The notes under the pieces are model-generated. The model was not told where the DNA came from. It saw only the letters and a list, made by a program, of their open reading frames with translations, and ran no database searches. The translations under genes were made by a program, and so were the position numbers. This document shows positions 1-12,000 of a stretch of DNA of 64,000 nt, piece after piece (positions within the stretch are counted from its first letter, which is position 1; each line of letters begins with the position of its first letter). Where the stretch lies: NCBI GenBank assembly GCA_040756875.1, contig JBFLYH010000003.1, positions 96,001 to 160,000 on the forward strand, read 5' to 3'. The stretch is from a candidate division FCPU426 bacterium. Lineage in GTDB: Bacteria > Oederibacteriota > JAAXVQ01 > JAUVAV01.

Positions 1-3000
1 GGATTGTCGTAGAACTGCGTCACGTCCTCGTTGGCATCCGTCCACATCCAGCCGTCAGACACTTTGTACCAGCTCTCCTCGCTGACGGTCCACTTGGTGC
101 TGTAGAGGATGGTCTCGGTCGTCCGGGGCGTGTACAGGGCCTTGCCGGTCGTGTCATACGCCTGCTGGTCGTGAATGACCTCCCGGTACTCGTTTTCCGG
201 CGTGGCCGGATCGTCCTGCTGCACGACCTCGACGTACACGGTCGTCTGTTGGCGACCCACTTCGACCTGTTCGGAACCGGTGACCTTGGTCACCTTGCCC
301 ACGTCGCCGGTGTAGAAAACGTTGTTGTACTTGCTCATGTCGCGGTAGTCGCCCACCGTGGGCTGGGTGTCCGAAACCACGGTGTAGGAGCGGCTGCTGG
401 AAGCCGGGCGGTAGCGGTTGCGTTTGGTGAACTGCGCCTCGGTGTAGCGGATGTTGCGGTACTCGGCCACGGCCGTGCCGTCCGCCTGCACCGTGACCAC
501 CACATCCGCGTAACCGGTCACATCCCCCGTGGAGAACTTGGCCAGCTTGTATTCCGCCAGGGTTTTGGGGGAGGCGGTTTCGCCCGGCGCCTTCCAGGTG
601 TAGGTTTCCTTTTCGGGATTGTGCTCCGCGATCAGCGTGCGGATCAGGTTGGCGGCCGCGTTCTTATCCATGGACACCAGGCCGTCCGCGGTCGGCGCGT
701 CCGCCTTGGCGTTCTGGGCCACCAGGGTCTCGCCGGCGAAATAGAAGCCTTTGGAAGCATACTGAATCGTGCCGTTCCAAACCGTCCCGTTCTTGTCCGT
801 AAAAGTCTCGGTGCCGCTGGTCACGTAGACCTTGTTCTTGGTGGTGGCGGTGTAACGGTGGACCACGCCCTGCGAATCCGTCCACTCCTGCACGTTCCAA
901 TACTGGTCCATCTTCACCTGCCCGCCGGCCGCGGTTTCGCCCTGGATCCCGACCAAAGCCGCCCCGGAATAGGTATAGGTAAAGGTGCCCAATCCGCCGG
1001 TGGTCGAAGTCCTGCGCTGCGTGGGCACGTCCCAGGTGGTGACGCCCTTGTCGTCCGCGCTGGCGGCGATCTCGTTCATGCCCGTATAGGAATAGGTGGT
1101 GGTCACGCCGTCTTCGCGCTGGCCGCTGGCCGTGGTCACGTAGGTGCCGTCGTTCTGGAACGTGATGTCTTCATCCCAGGTTTCGGTGTTGTTGAGCACC
1201 TGGTGGGTCAGAATGCCGGTGGTGGTGTAGGTTTCCATGCCCACGCCGTTGTGCAGGCCCATGTACAGCGTATAGCTGATGTCCGCCGAGGTGTGGAACG
1301 GACCGGTCGGCGTGTCGGTATACACCCAGGTAAAGGTGCTGCCGTCCTTGTTGACGCGGCTGCGGACCTGGATCGAAGACTGCTCGTAGCCGCCGTTGAT
1401 GGTCCAGACTTCGCTGCCTTGGTTGTCGGTGATGGTGGCGCTGATCGGCCCGTTGTCCGTCAGGTTGTAGATGACCGTGGCATTGGTGACGTAATTGCCG
1501 TAATCGTAGACCACCTCGGCCCAGCGGGGCATCGTGGTCAGGCGGTCCTGGTTTTCGTCCCGGGTGATGTCGTGCTGGATGATGGTCATGGTTTGGCCAT
1601 AGCCCGCGCCGCTGTAACTCACGGCCGCGGTGGTCGGATCGCCGTAATTGTCGTTGCCGTAGTAGTGGGTGACTTCCCGGACCTGTCCGCTGGGATACCA
1701 GCTGCTGTCGCCGTAGGAGCTGTTCTCCACCCCGTGGATGTCGTAAAAAACGGTCTTGTTCTGGCTGCCCCAGCGTACTTCCTTCTTCAACAGGCCGGTC
1801 CAGTTGTTGTAGCTGTAGGAGGAGTAATAGGTGTCGGTTGACTTTTTCTTTCCGCTGCCGACCGTTTGGCTGGTACTGGACGAACCCTTGCGGCCATGCG
1901 CATCGTAACTGCCGCCGGTATGGACGTAATCGTTTTTCCCGGTGGTGCGGGAATAATTGGTCATGCCCGTATAGGGATTGAAGCCCGTGGTCGTGGTGGT
2001 GACATCGCCTTTCCGGTTCCAGGCCTGCATATAGGTCGCCACGCCGAATTGCGGTTCGTAGGCCGAATACGTCTGGGCCGAACCGTAACGCACGCCCGGC
2101 GAACTGTATTTGTATTGCCAGGAAGAGGAATTCAAACCGGTATGGGGATTGACATTGTAGGAGGTGTAGGTCAGGGCGTCGCCCAACGCGCCGTACAAAT
2201 TGCCGGTCCAGCTGCCGGTGGTAAAACCGTTGGCGTCGTTATAGTTTTCGCTGACCGAGATGGCGGTCCGGGTGATCGTCTTCTTGGGGTTGCCGCTCCA
2301 GTGCAGGTCCTCGGCCCCGGAATCCGCGACTTCCGTGGTTTCGTAGTAGGCGCCTTCGGCCGCGCCGTAGAAACTTCGTTTCTCCTGGTAGACCCCGGCC
2401 CTGGGAACCCCGTGTTCATTGAACCAGGCGTGCGTTTGGTTCAGGCCGCTTTCCGAATAACTTTCCGTGCGGATGCCGGTATTTTCGCTGTAATTCACGG
2501 TCCAATCCGTGGTGGTCCGGCCGTTGTACGGCCCGATGTAGCTGTTGCTGATGGTTTTCAGGTCCACGCCCTTGGCATTGGACCAGGTCTGGCTGTTGGA
2601 CAGATCGCAGGTGGTGTAGGAGTAGGTTTTGACGCCGGTTTCGATATCGTTCGTCATGGTGGTGGTTTTAATCCGTCCGGCAAGCGGGCCGCTGAAACTG
2701 TGGTTCACGGCCTGCCAGGCCATGCCGTGCCCGTCATAATAGGTCGTGGTGCTGGACAAGGCATAATTGCTGTTGATGGCTGAATAGGCCGTGGCCACGG
2801 AAGAGGCGTTGAACCCGGTCTGCAGATCCGGGGTGTAGGTGGTGTAGGTCATATAGACGATGCCGTACAGCGAGTAGTTCCAGCTCTGGTTGATAAACCC
2901 GTTCTGGTCGTAGGTCGAATAAGTGGTGCTGAGATTGTTGACCGCCGTGGAGGCGGCCATGAGCCCGGTCCAGGAGTCCATGGTGTAATCGTTTAAAGTC

Positions 3001-6000
3001 CAGACCGCATAATTAAGGGTGATGCCCTCGTTCATCTTGGTCACGGCCGCATCCTGGAAACCGTTGCTGTCGTATGTGGTCCAGCTGTCGCTGAGCATGG
3101 AATGGCTGTAGGTGGCGCGGTTCAGCCCCGTGGTCTTGCTGGAATCGATAATGGTCTCCACGTGCCGTCCGAAGGTGGCGCCCCGATAGCTGTCCGAAAC
3201 GCTGCCCCGGGCATTGCCGCACAAGGTGTCGTATTCAGTGACCGTGCTGGACATGCCGTTGGTGGCCGAGGTCCAGTAATTGATTCCGGTCCAGCGGTTG
3301 GTGGTGAATACCGTGGTGGTCAGGCTGGCCAGGCGGGCGCCGTATTTGTTATCCGACACCGAATAGGTATTGATACCATACGTCGGATCATAATAGGTGG
3401 TCGTGACGGACAGGACCCGGTTGGGGTTGTTTTTATCGTGGGCCGTGCTGACGGTGTAGTTGTTCACGCCGGTGTTTTCATTGACATTGAACACCGTGGT
3501 GGTGTGGCGGCTGCCCAGGGCGCCGTAGTTATTATCCGCCACGCTGTAGTCAATGGAGCCGCTGCCCCACCACTTATAATAGGATTCCGTCCGGCCGTAC
3601 TGGTTGGTGGCCACGGTCGAGACGTTCTGGCCGGTGTAATCACTGGCATTGATATCGGTATGCGTACTCCGCACCGCGAGCAGTCCCCAGTATTGGATCG
3701 TATCCGAGGAAGTGGCTTTGCCCGTGTTCGTGCCGTCAAAACGCGTCACCGTGACGCTGTAGTCGTTAATGGCGACGCTGCTGTTGTTGAGGCCGTTGTC
3801 CTTGCGTGCGTCAAGAATGGTGTGCGTAATCCGGGTGGAAAGCAGGCCGTAATGCGTTTCCGCAAACGATTCATACGCCTGCCCGTAGTTTTGATCGTCA
3901 TACAGCGTAATGGTCGTGCCGTAGCCGTTCGTGGCCAAGGTCGCCTGGTTCAATCCGTTCCAGGGATTGATGTTGTTCACGGTGCGGGTGTTGCGGGTCA
4001 GGCCCAGTCCGAAATTATTCGCCGTGAGGTTGTAGAGTGCCAGGCCGGTGTCTTCGTCGTCAAAGACCGTAACGGTCCTGCCGTAGGCGTTTAGGGTTTC
4101 CGTCTCCTTGTTCAAACCGTTGAACTTGTTGACCACGGAACGGGTGGTCCAGGTTTCGCGGGCGGCGCCGAACCCGAAATTATTGCGTGTATAGGACCCG
4201 GTGACCGTGCCATAGCCGAGGTAGTCGTAATCGGTCCGGATAAAGGAATAAGCGCTCCAGGCTTCGGTCCGTATGTTCAGGCCCGTATCCGGGCTGCCTA
4301 TAATGTTGGTGGTGGTCACGCGGGTCGCCGCGAGGCCGAAATGATTGCTGGTGACGGAGGTGGTCGCGGTACCGTAGTTCGCACTGTCGAAATCCGTGAT
4401 CGTGGTGCCGTAAGAGGTATAGGCGACGCTGCGGATGTTCAGGCCGGAATAGGCGCTGGCCGTAATGTCGGATACATTGTCGCGGGTGGCGCCCAGGCCG
4501 TAATTATTGTGGGCCCGGGACCAATCCGGCACGCCGAAATTCTGGCTCTCGAAGAACGTTTCGGTCCAGCCGTAGTCATTGACGGCAAACGTCCGGGTAT
4601 TGAGTCCGTTCTTCAGGTTGACTTCGGAGTATGTTTGGGTCCGGCGCGCGGCGCCCAGCCCGTAATTGTTTTCCGCCATCGAACGGACAGTCACGCCGTA
4701 AGTGACGTCGTCGTAAAGGGTCGTGGTGCGGCCGTAGGCGTTGCTGGCCACGGTCTGCCGGTTCAAGCCGTTTTCCTGGTTGGCCGTGATGGTGGTATAG
4801 GTGCTGCGGCTGGCGCGGATGCCGAAATTGTTGTTGGCCAGCGAATACTGTGACACGCCGCTGCGCTGGTCGTCGTAACGGGTGTAGGTCGACCCGTAAG
4901 CATTCGCGGCGTTGGTCTCACGGTTCAGGCCGTTCCAGGTGTTGGCCGATACGCTGGTATACGTCTGCCGGGAGGCGACAATGCCGAAGTTGTTCGTGGT
5001 CCAGGATTCCCGGGTGACGCCGGTGGAGGTGTCGTCGAAATTCGTGATCACCGAACTATAGCGGCTGGCGGCCTGGGTCTGGCGGTTCAACCCGGTGGCC
5101 ACGTTGGCGTCGATGGTGGTCAAGGTCACGCGGGCGTCCTCAATGCCATAGTTGTTCCAGCTCAGGGAGGTTTCGGACGTGCCATAGTGCTCGTCGTCGT
5201 ATTGCGTCAGGGTGGTCCCGTAATTGTTGCAGCCGATGGTGTACTGGTTCAGGCCCGTGTCCGTATTGGCCACGATGGTGGTGTCGGTCTCTTTGGCGGC
5301 GCCCAGGCCGAAGTTGTTGGAGGAGCGCGAGAAGACCGAAACACCGTAATTGTCGTCGTCGAACTGGGTCACCGTGGTGCCGTAGGCATTGACGGCCCGG
5401 GTGGTCGTGTTCAAGCCGGTTTGCAGGTTGGCCGTGATCTCCGTCTCGGTCAGCCGCGAGGCGCCAATTCCGTATACGTTCTGGGCCAAGGAGCGTTCCG
5501 CCACGCCCGTGGAGGCCGCATCGTAATAGGTCCAGGTGGTGCCGTAGCCGTTGACCGCCTTGGTTTCGCGGTTCAAGCCGTTCCAGTCGCTGGCGTCGAT
5601 CTCCGTGCGCGTGGTGCGTGTGGTCAGCAGTCCGAAATAATTCACCGCGTTCGATTCGAGGGAAACGCCGGACCGCTGCTCGTCATAGCGCGTGACGGTT
5701 TCCCCGTACCGGTTCGTGGCCGTGGTGGAGCGGTTCAACCCGTTCCAGGTGTTGCAGACCATCTCGGTGTGCGTGTTCCGCGTGGCGCCCAGGCCGTAGC
5801 GGTTGAGGGCGTCCGAGTTGACGGCCGTGCCGTAGAACTGGTCGTCATAGCGCGTGACCGTGGTGCCGTAGTCGTTGACCGCCGAGGTCTCGCGGTTTAG
5901 GCCGTTCCAGACATTGGCCGTGACCGAAGTTTGGGTGATGCGCGTGGCGTACAAGCCGAAATTATTTTCCGCCAGCGAATGGGTGGCCACGCCCGCATCG

Positions 6001-9000
6001 CGGTCGTCATAGTTCGTGGTCGTACGGCCGTAGGCATTGATCGCCGTGGTGCGGGTGTTCAGCCCGCTGTAGGTGTTGGCGTCGATGTCCGTGAAAGTCA
6101 GGCGGCTCGCCCCCAGGCCGAAGTTGTTCTGGGCCAGGGACCATTCCGCCACGCCACTCTGCTGTTCGTCGAAGAACGTCCAGGTCGTGCCGTAGTCATT
6201 TTCCGCGCGGGTGCTGATGTTCAGGCCATTGTGCCGGCTGGCGTTGATTTCCGTGCGGGTCAAACGGGTGGAGCCGAGACCGAAATAATTTTCGGCAACG
6301 GACTCCTCGGCTTTGCCGGTTTCGGCTTCATCGTACTCGGTCCGGGTGAGCGAGTAGGCGTTCCGGGCCGTGGTGCGGATGTTCAGGCCGTTCCAGTCGT
6401 TCGCCTCGATGGCGGTCTCCGAGTACCGGCTGGCGCCCAGGCCGAAATTGTTCCACCCGAACGATTGCTGGGCGATGCCGGTGGACGCACTGTCGTACAG
6501 GGTCAAGGAGCGGCCGTAGGCATTGAGCGCGTCGGTCTGGATATTGAGGCCGTTCCAGGTGTTGGCCGTGACCACGGTATCCGTAAACTGGGAGGCGCCC
6601 AATCCGAAGTTGTTTTCCGCATGCGAGGCGACCGCCACGCCGCTGGCCGCGTGGTCGTATTCCGTGACCGTCCGGCTGTAATCATTGACTGCGATAGTGC
6701 TGCGGTTCAGGCCGGTGTCCGTGTCCGCCTGGATGGAGGAGTACGTGTGGCGCGTGTCGAGCAGCCCGTAGTTGTTGTCAGCCACGGACCAGCGCGCGGT
6801 CCCGAAATTTTCGTTGTCATACACCGTGTAGGTCTGGCCGTAATAATTTTCGGCCAGCGTGGTGTTGTTCAAGCCGTTTTCAATGTTGGCGTTGATGTGA
6901 GTGGCGGTCAGGCGCGTGGACTTCAGGCCGAAGTTGTTAAGCGCCAGGGTTTGCTCGGCCACGCCGTAATGGTCACCGTCGAAATCCGTGTACGTCCAGC
7001 CGTAATCCGAGTTCGCCAGGGTCCACTCATTGAGGCCGTTATAGGTGTTGGCTTCAATGTCTGTCTCGGTATGGCGGGTGGCCCCCAAGCCGAAGTTGTT
7101 GTCAGCGACTGAATTCAGCGCCACGCCGGTCTTCTGTTCTTCAAATTCGGTCTTGGTGGTGCTGTATCGGCTGGTGGCCAGGGTTTCCCGGTTCAGCCCG
7201 TTCCAGGTATTGGCCGAGATTTCCGTATGGGTCTGGCGGGCTGCGCCGATGCCGAAGTTATTGGCCGCTTCGGAGGTCTGCGCCACGCCGTAAACAGCGT
7301 CGTCGTAGCGCGTCAGGGTCTGGCCGTATTGGTTGGAGGCGAAGGTCTCGCGGTTCAAGCCGTTCCAATGGTTGGCCGCAACTTGGGTATGAGTGAACCG
7401 GGTGTCCATCAATCCGAAGTTGTTCAAAGTCAGGGATTGGACCGCCACTCCGGAATCCTCATTGTCAAACAGCGTCAGGGTATTGCCGTACTCGTTGGAG
7501 GCGAAAGTGTGATCGTTCAGGCCGTTGTCCAGATTGGCCGTGATCTTGGTCTGGGAGCGCAGGGTGGCGCCCAGCCCGAAGTTGTTTTGGGCGTAGCTGG
7601 CCGTGGCCACGCCGAATTCCTCGCTGTCATAGATGGTCCGCGTGGTCCCGTAGTCGTTGACCGCGTAGGTCTGCTCGTTGAGTCCGTTGTAGGTGTTGGC
7701 CTGGATATCCGTGAGCGTCTTGCGCGTGGCGCCCAGGCCGAAGTAGTTCAGGGCGAAGGATTGCAGGGACACTCCGCTGTGGACGTCGTCATACGAGGTG
7801 GTGGTCTCGCAGTAGGCGTTGCGCGCGAACGTCATCTGGTTGAGGCCGTTGTACGTGTTGGCCTGGATGTTGGTCTCGGTATTCCGGCTCGCGCCCAGGC
7901 CGTAGACGTTTTCGGCTTGGGAGCGTTCGGAAACGCCGTAGACCTCGTCGTCGTAATAGGTGGTGGTGGTGCCGTAATCATTGGCGGCCACGGTCGAACG
8001 GTTCAGGCCGTTCCAGACATTGGCATCGACGTCCGTGCCGGTTTTACGGCTCGCGCGGATGCCGAAGTTGTTGGCGGCGTCCGAATGCAGGGACACGCCG
8101 TACTCCCGGTCGTCGTAGTACGTGACCGTGGTCCCGTAGGCATTGGCGCCCGTGGTGACCGTATTCATGCCGTTGTACACATTCGCCAGGATGGCGGTGT
8201 GGGTCTGCAGCGTTGCGCCCAGCCCGAAGTTGTTTTCCACCCAGGATTCCACGGCCACGCCGTAGCTGTCGTCGTAGAACGAGGTGGTGGTGCCGTATTC
8301 GTTGACCGCCACGGTCTTTTCGTTCAAGCCCGTGTCATGGCTGGCGGTGATGACCGTGCGGGTCTGGCGGGTGGCGCCCAGGCCGAAATTATTGAACGCC
8401 ATGGATTCCTCCGCCACGCCGGATTTCTGATGGTCGTAGCGGGTCACGGTCATGCCGTAGGCGTTGCGGGCCACGGTCAGCTCGCTGAGACCGTTGTAAT
8501 GGTTGGAAGTGATCTTGGTCTTGTTTTCCCGGGTGGCGCCCAGGCCGAAATTATTGACGGCCAGGGATTCCTCGGCTGTGCCATATTTCAGGTCATCATA
8601 TTGGGTGGTGGTAACGCCGTACTCGTTCACAGCCACGGTTTCCTGGTTCAGGCCATTGTTGCGGTTGGCCTTGATCGCCGTGTGGGTTTGGCGGCCGGCG
8701 CCCAGGCCGTAGTTGTTGTCCGTGTCCGACGTCAGGGCCACGCCGCTGATCTGCTCGTCGTAGCGGGTCAGGGTGGTGCCGTAATCGTTCTTGGCCAGGG
8801 TTTCGCGGTTCAGGCCGTTGAAAATGTTGGCGGTAATCTGGGTGTGGGTCTTGAGCGTTTTGCCCAGGCCGAAGTTGTTGTCCGCGTCCGAGGTCAGGGC
8901 CACGCCGGTCTCTTCGCTTTCATAGCGCGTCACGGTGGTGCCGTACTCGTTGCGGGCCACGGTGACCTCATTGAGGCCGTTGAAGGTGTTCGCGCGGATG

Positions 9001-12000
9001 GCAGTCAAGGTTTCCTCGGTGGCGATCAGGCCGAAATTGTTGAGCGTATAGGAATGGGTGGCCACGCCGTAGCGGCCGCCCTCCAGGGCATCGTACTCGG
9101 TCAGGGTGAGGCCGTATTTGTTCTGCGCCTTGGTCCGCAGGTTCTGGCCGGTGTGGACATCCGCCTCGATCACGGTCGCGGTGTCCAGGGTGTACCCCAG
9201 CCCGAAGTTGTTGATGGAACGGCTCGAAACCGCCACGCCGTAAGGGCCTTCGCTCTCGGTGTCGAAATGGGTCAAGGTCCGGCCATAGGCGTTGTTGGCG
9301 ATGGTCTGCCGGGTCAGCCCGTGGCGGATGTCCAGGTCCACCTGGCTGTCCGTCAAACGCGTGGCCAGCAGGCCGAAATTATTCTCTGCAACCTGGCGGC
9401 TTTCCAGGCCGGTCACCGGATCGAAATTCAAGCTGGTGGTGGTGCCGTAGAGGCTGCGGGACACGCGGGAGGTGGTCATGCCCGTGTCCTTTTCGTACGT
9501 GGCCTGGGTGTAGGACTGGCGCGAGGCGCCCAATCCGATGGTGGCCTCCCGGTGGCTGCGGACCGCGTCGCCGTGGATGTCATAGTCGCTGGTGGTGGTG
9601 CCCAAATCGTCGGTGGTGATATTGCTCAGCAGGTGTCCTTCATTATCATATTCGAAGTCGTGGGACTCCTTGTAGCGCCCGTCCAATACCCCGTAATTGT
9701 CCTGTTGCTGCTGCACCTGGACCAGGGCGTCCCGGTCGAATTCCTTCTCCATGGTGGTCAGGAGGTTCTTGCTCCGGGCCTTGGTCATGAACCCTTCCCA
9801 ATCATATTCATTGAAGGTGACCGTATTGCGGCCGTACACCACTCCGTAATGGTCCAGGCGCAGGCTTTCCGTGGCCAGGGAGTCGCGGTTAAAGCGGGTG
9901 ACGGTCGCGCCTTTCAGGTCCGTTTCCTTGCTTACGGTCATGAAGCCTTCGTCATCGTACTCGTTGATCGACCACTGCTCACGGGCGTGCCCGTATTTGT
10001 TTTCCCGGTAGGAAACCGCGACCAGTTCGTCGATATTGTAGTAATTCTGGGTGAACCCGTTGATGTCGCGGGTTTCGCTGTAGGTCATGTAGCCGTTGCC
10101 GTCGTAATCGTAGGTGGAGTTTTCCACGCGGGGGAAACCGTATTTCTTGACGCGCTTGCTTTCCCGCATCAGGCCGTCTTCGTCGAATTTATTGTAGGAC
10201 GTGCCGCGCTGGTCGTCGGTCATGCTGGTTACCAGCTCGCCGGCCTCGTATTGATATGTCGTATATTTCCGCTTGGGGAACCCGTAAATGTCGATCCGTT
10301 CGCTGTCTTCCATCAGGCCGTCGCCGTCGTAATTGTTGCGGGTAAAGCCCCGGTTGTCGCGCTGGAAGCTCTTGGTCAGCTCGCCGCTGTCGTTGTAGAC
10401 GTTGCTGACCCAGTTCTCGCGGGGGAACCCATGGTGGTTGATGCGGTGCACGGTCTCGGACAGTTCGTAGGCATTGTAGGTGGTGATGCTTTTGCCTTTA
10501 ACGTCACGGGAAACGCTCTTGGAGAGGATGCCGTCGGTGTAGGTTCGTTCCTCCACCGAGCGGCGCGGGAAGCCGATCTGGTTGACCCTTGTGATCCGCA
10601 CTGGGTCCTCAAATTTGTTGTACTCCGTGCTGGTTTTGCCCTTGCGGTCCACCATCAGCGACAACGTCATGCGGCCGCGGGCGTACTGGTGGGTGGTTTC
10701 CTGAACCCGTCCCCATTTATCCTCCTGCAGGACGTGATAAGGCTTGCCGAACGCGTTATACAGGGTTTGCGAGGTGCCGTTCGGCCCGGTATCCTTGCTG
10801 GCCAGCAGGTGTTCCCCGACATATTCGTAGGTGGAAAGGGTTTGCAGGCCGTTGTTCTTGGTGAACACCACCTGCTCCGGCTGTTCGCTCTGGCCGCCGC
10901 GATAGGTCGTGGTGCGCACGCCGAAGGATTCCAACGTCTGGGAAATCCGGCGGCCCGTGCCGTCCAGCGAATAGCTGGTCGGCTCGACGATGCCGCTGTT
11001 CTTGACTTTCACTTTTTGGTCAGGCAGCTTGGTTTTGATGTCGAAATGGGTATAAGTCGTGCTCTTGTGGTCGATGGTCAGGCTGCTAATCAGGTTGTCC
11101 TGCTCGTCGTAGGCAAACAGCGACAGTTCATACTCGTTTTCGCTGCGGATGCGATTGCCCTTGGCGTCGTAGGTGTACTCCGTCCGCAGGCCGTCGTCGT
11201 CCGTCTTGGCGGTGACGCGGCCGTCGCGATCGTGCTCCTTGCGCACCTGCTGGGTGAAAGTCTGGGGGCCCACGGAGATGGTGATGGTTTCGAGAGAGGC
11301 CAGGATGTTGCCCTTGTCGTCCAGGACATAGGAGGTCTTGGTGTCCTGCCCCGCCTCCTTCACGCCGGTGATGCGCCCGGCCTCGTCGTAGTACGTGGTT
11401 TTTTCCTCGGGCTCGACGCCGGCTTCCTTTTTCACGGTCCGTTCGAACCGCGACCGGACCCGGCCGTTCTCGTCCACCGCATAGGTGTAGGTGTGGTCGC
11501 CGGTTTTGTCCTGCTGGCGGACCACGCGGCCGCTCTCGTCAAAGTCCTTGATCGTGACGTCCTCCACGGTGTGGCCGCCCTGGCCGCCGAGCAGTTTGCG
11601 TTCGGTCTTGCGGACCAGCTGGCCTTTGTCGTCGACCAGGTTCTGGTGCATAATGCGGACGCCGTCCTCCACGGATTCCACGACCTGGCCGTCCTTGAAT
11701 TGTTTTACCTTCACGTGGCCCCGGGTATCGCGCTCGGTGGTGGCCACGATGTCGCCCCGGGCGTCGCGTTCGTACTGGATATCGGTCCGCACTCCGTTTT
11801 CATCGACCTTGCTTTTAATGGAACCGGTGTCCGGTTCCAGGAACACCCGGAAGGTCTTGCCGGTCCCGAGCTCGCGTTCCACGTAGCTGGTGGTCTTGCC
11901 CTTGTGGTTTTTCTCGTACTGGCTGTAAAATTTGGTGCCCTGCGAGTTGGTGATCTGGATGATATTGCCCTGGGGGTCGAAGCTTTTGGTTTCCGTGCCG

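Noticed and set aside
3523-9400. 162-nt repeats as DGR template/variable repeats or CRISPR
   Set aside because: Conservation is at protein level, I saw no adenine-specific divergence pattern, and there is no reverse transcriptase or cas gene in the window.
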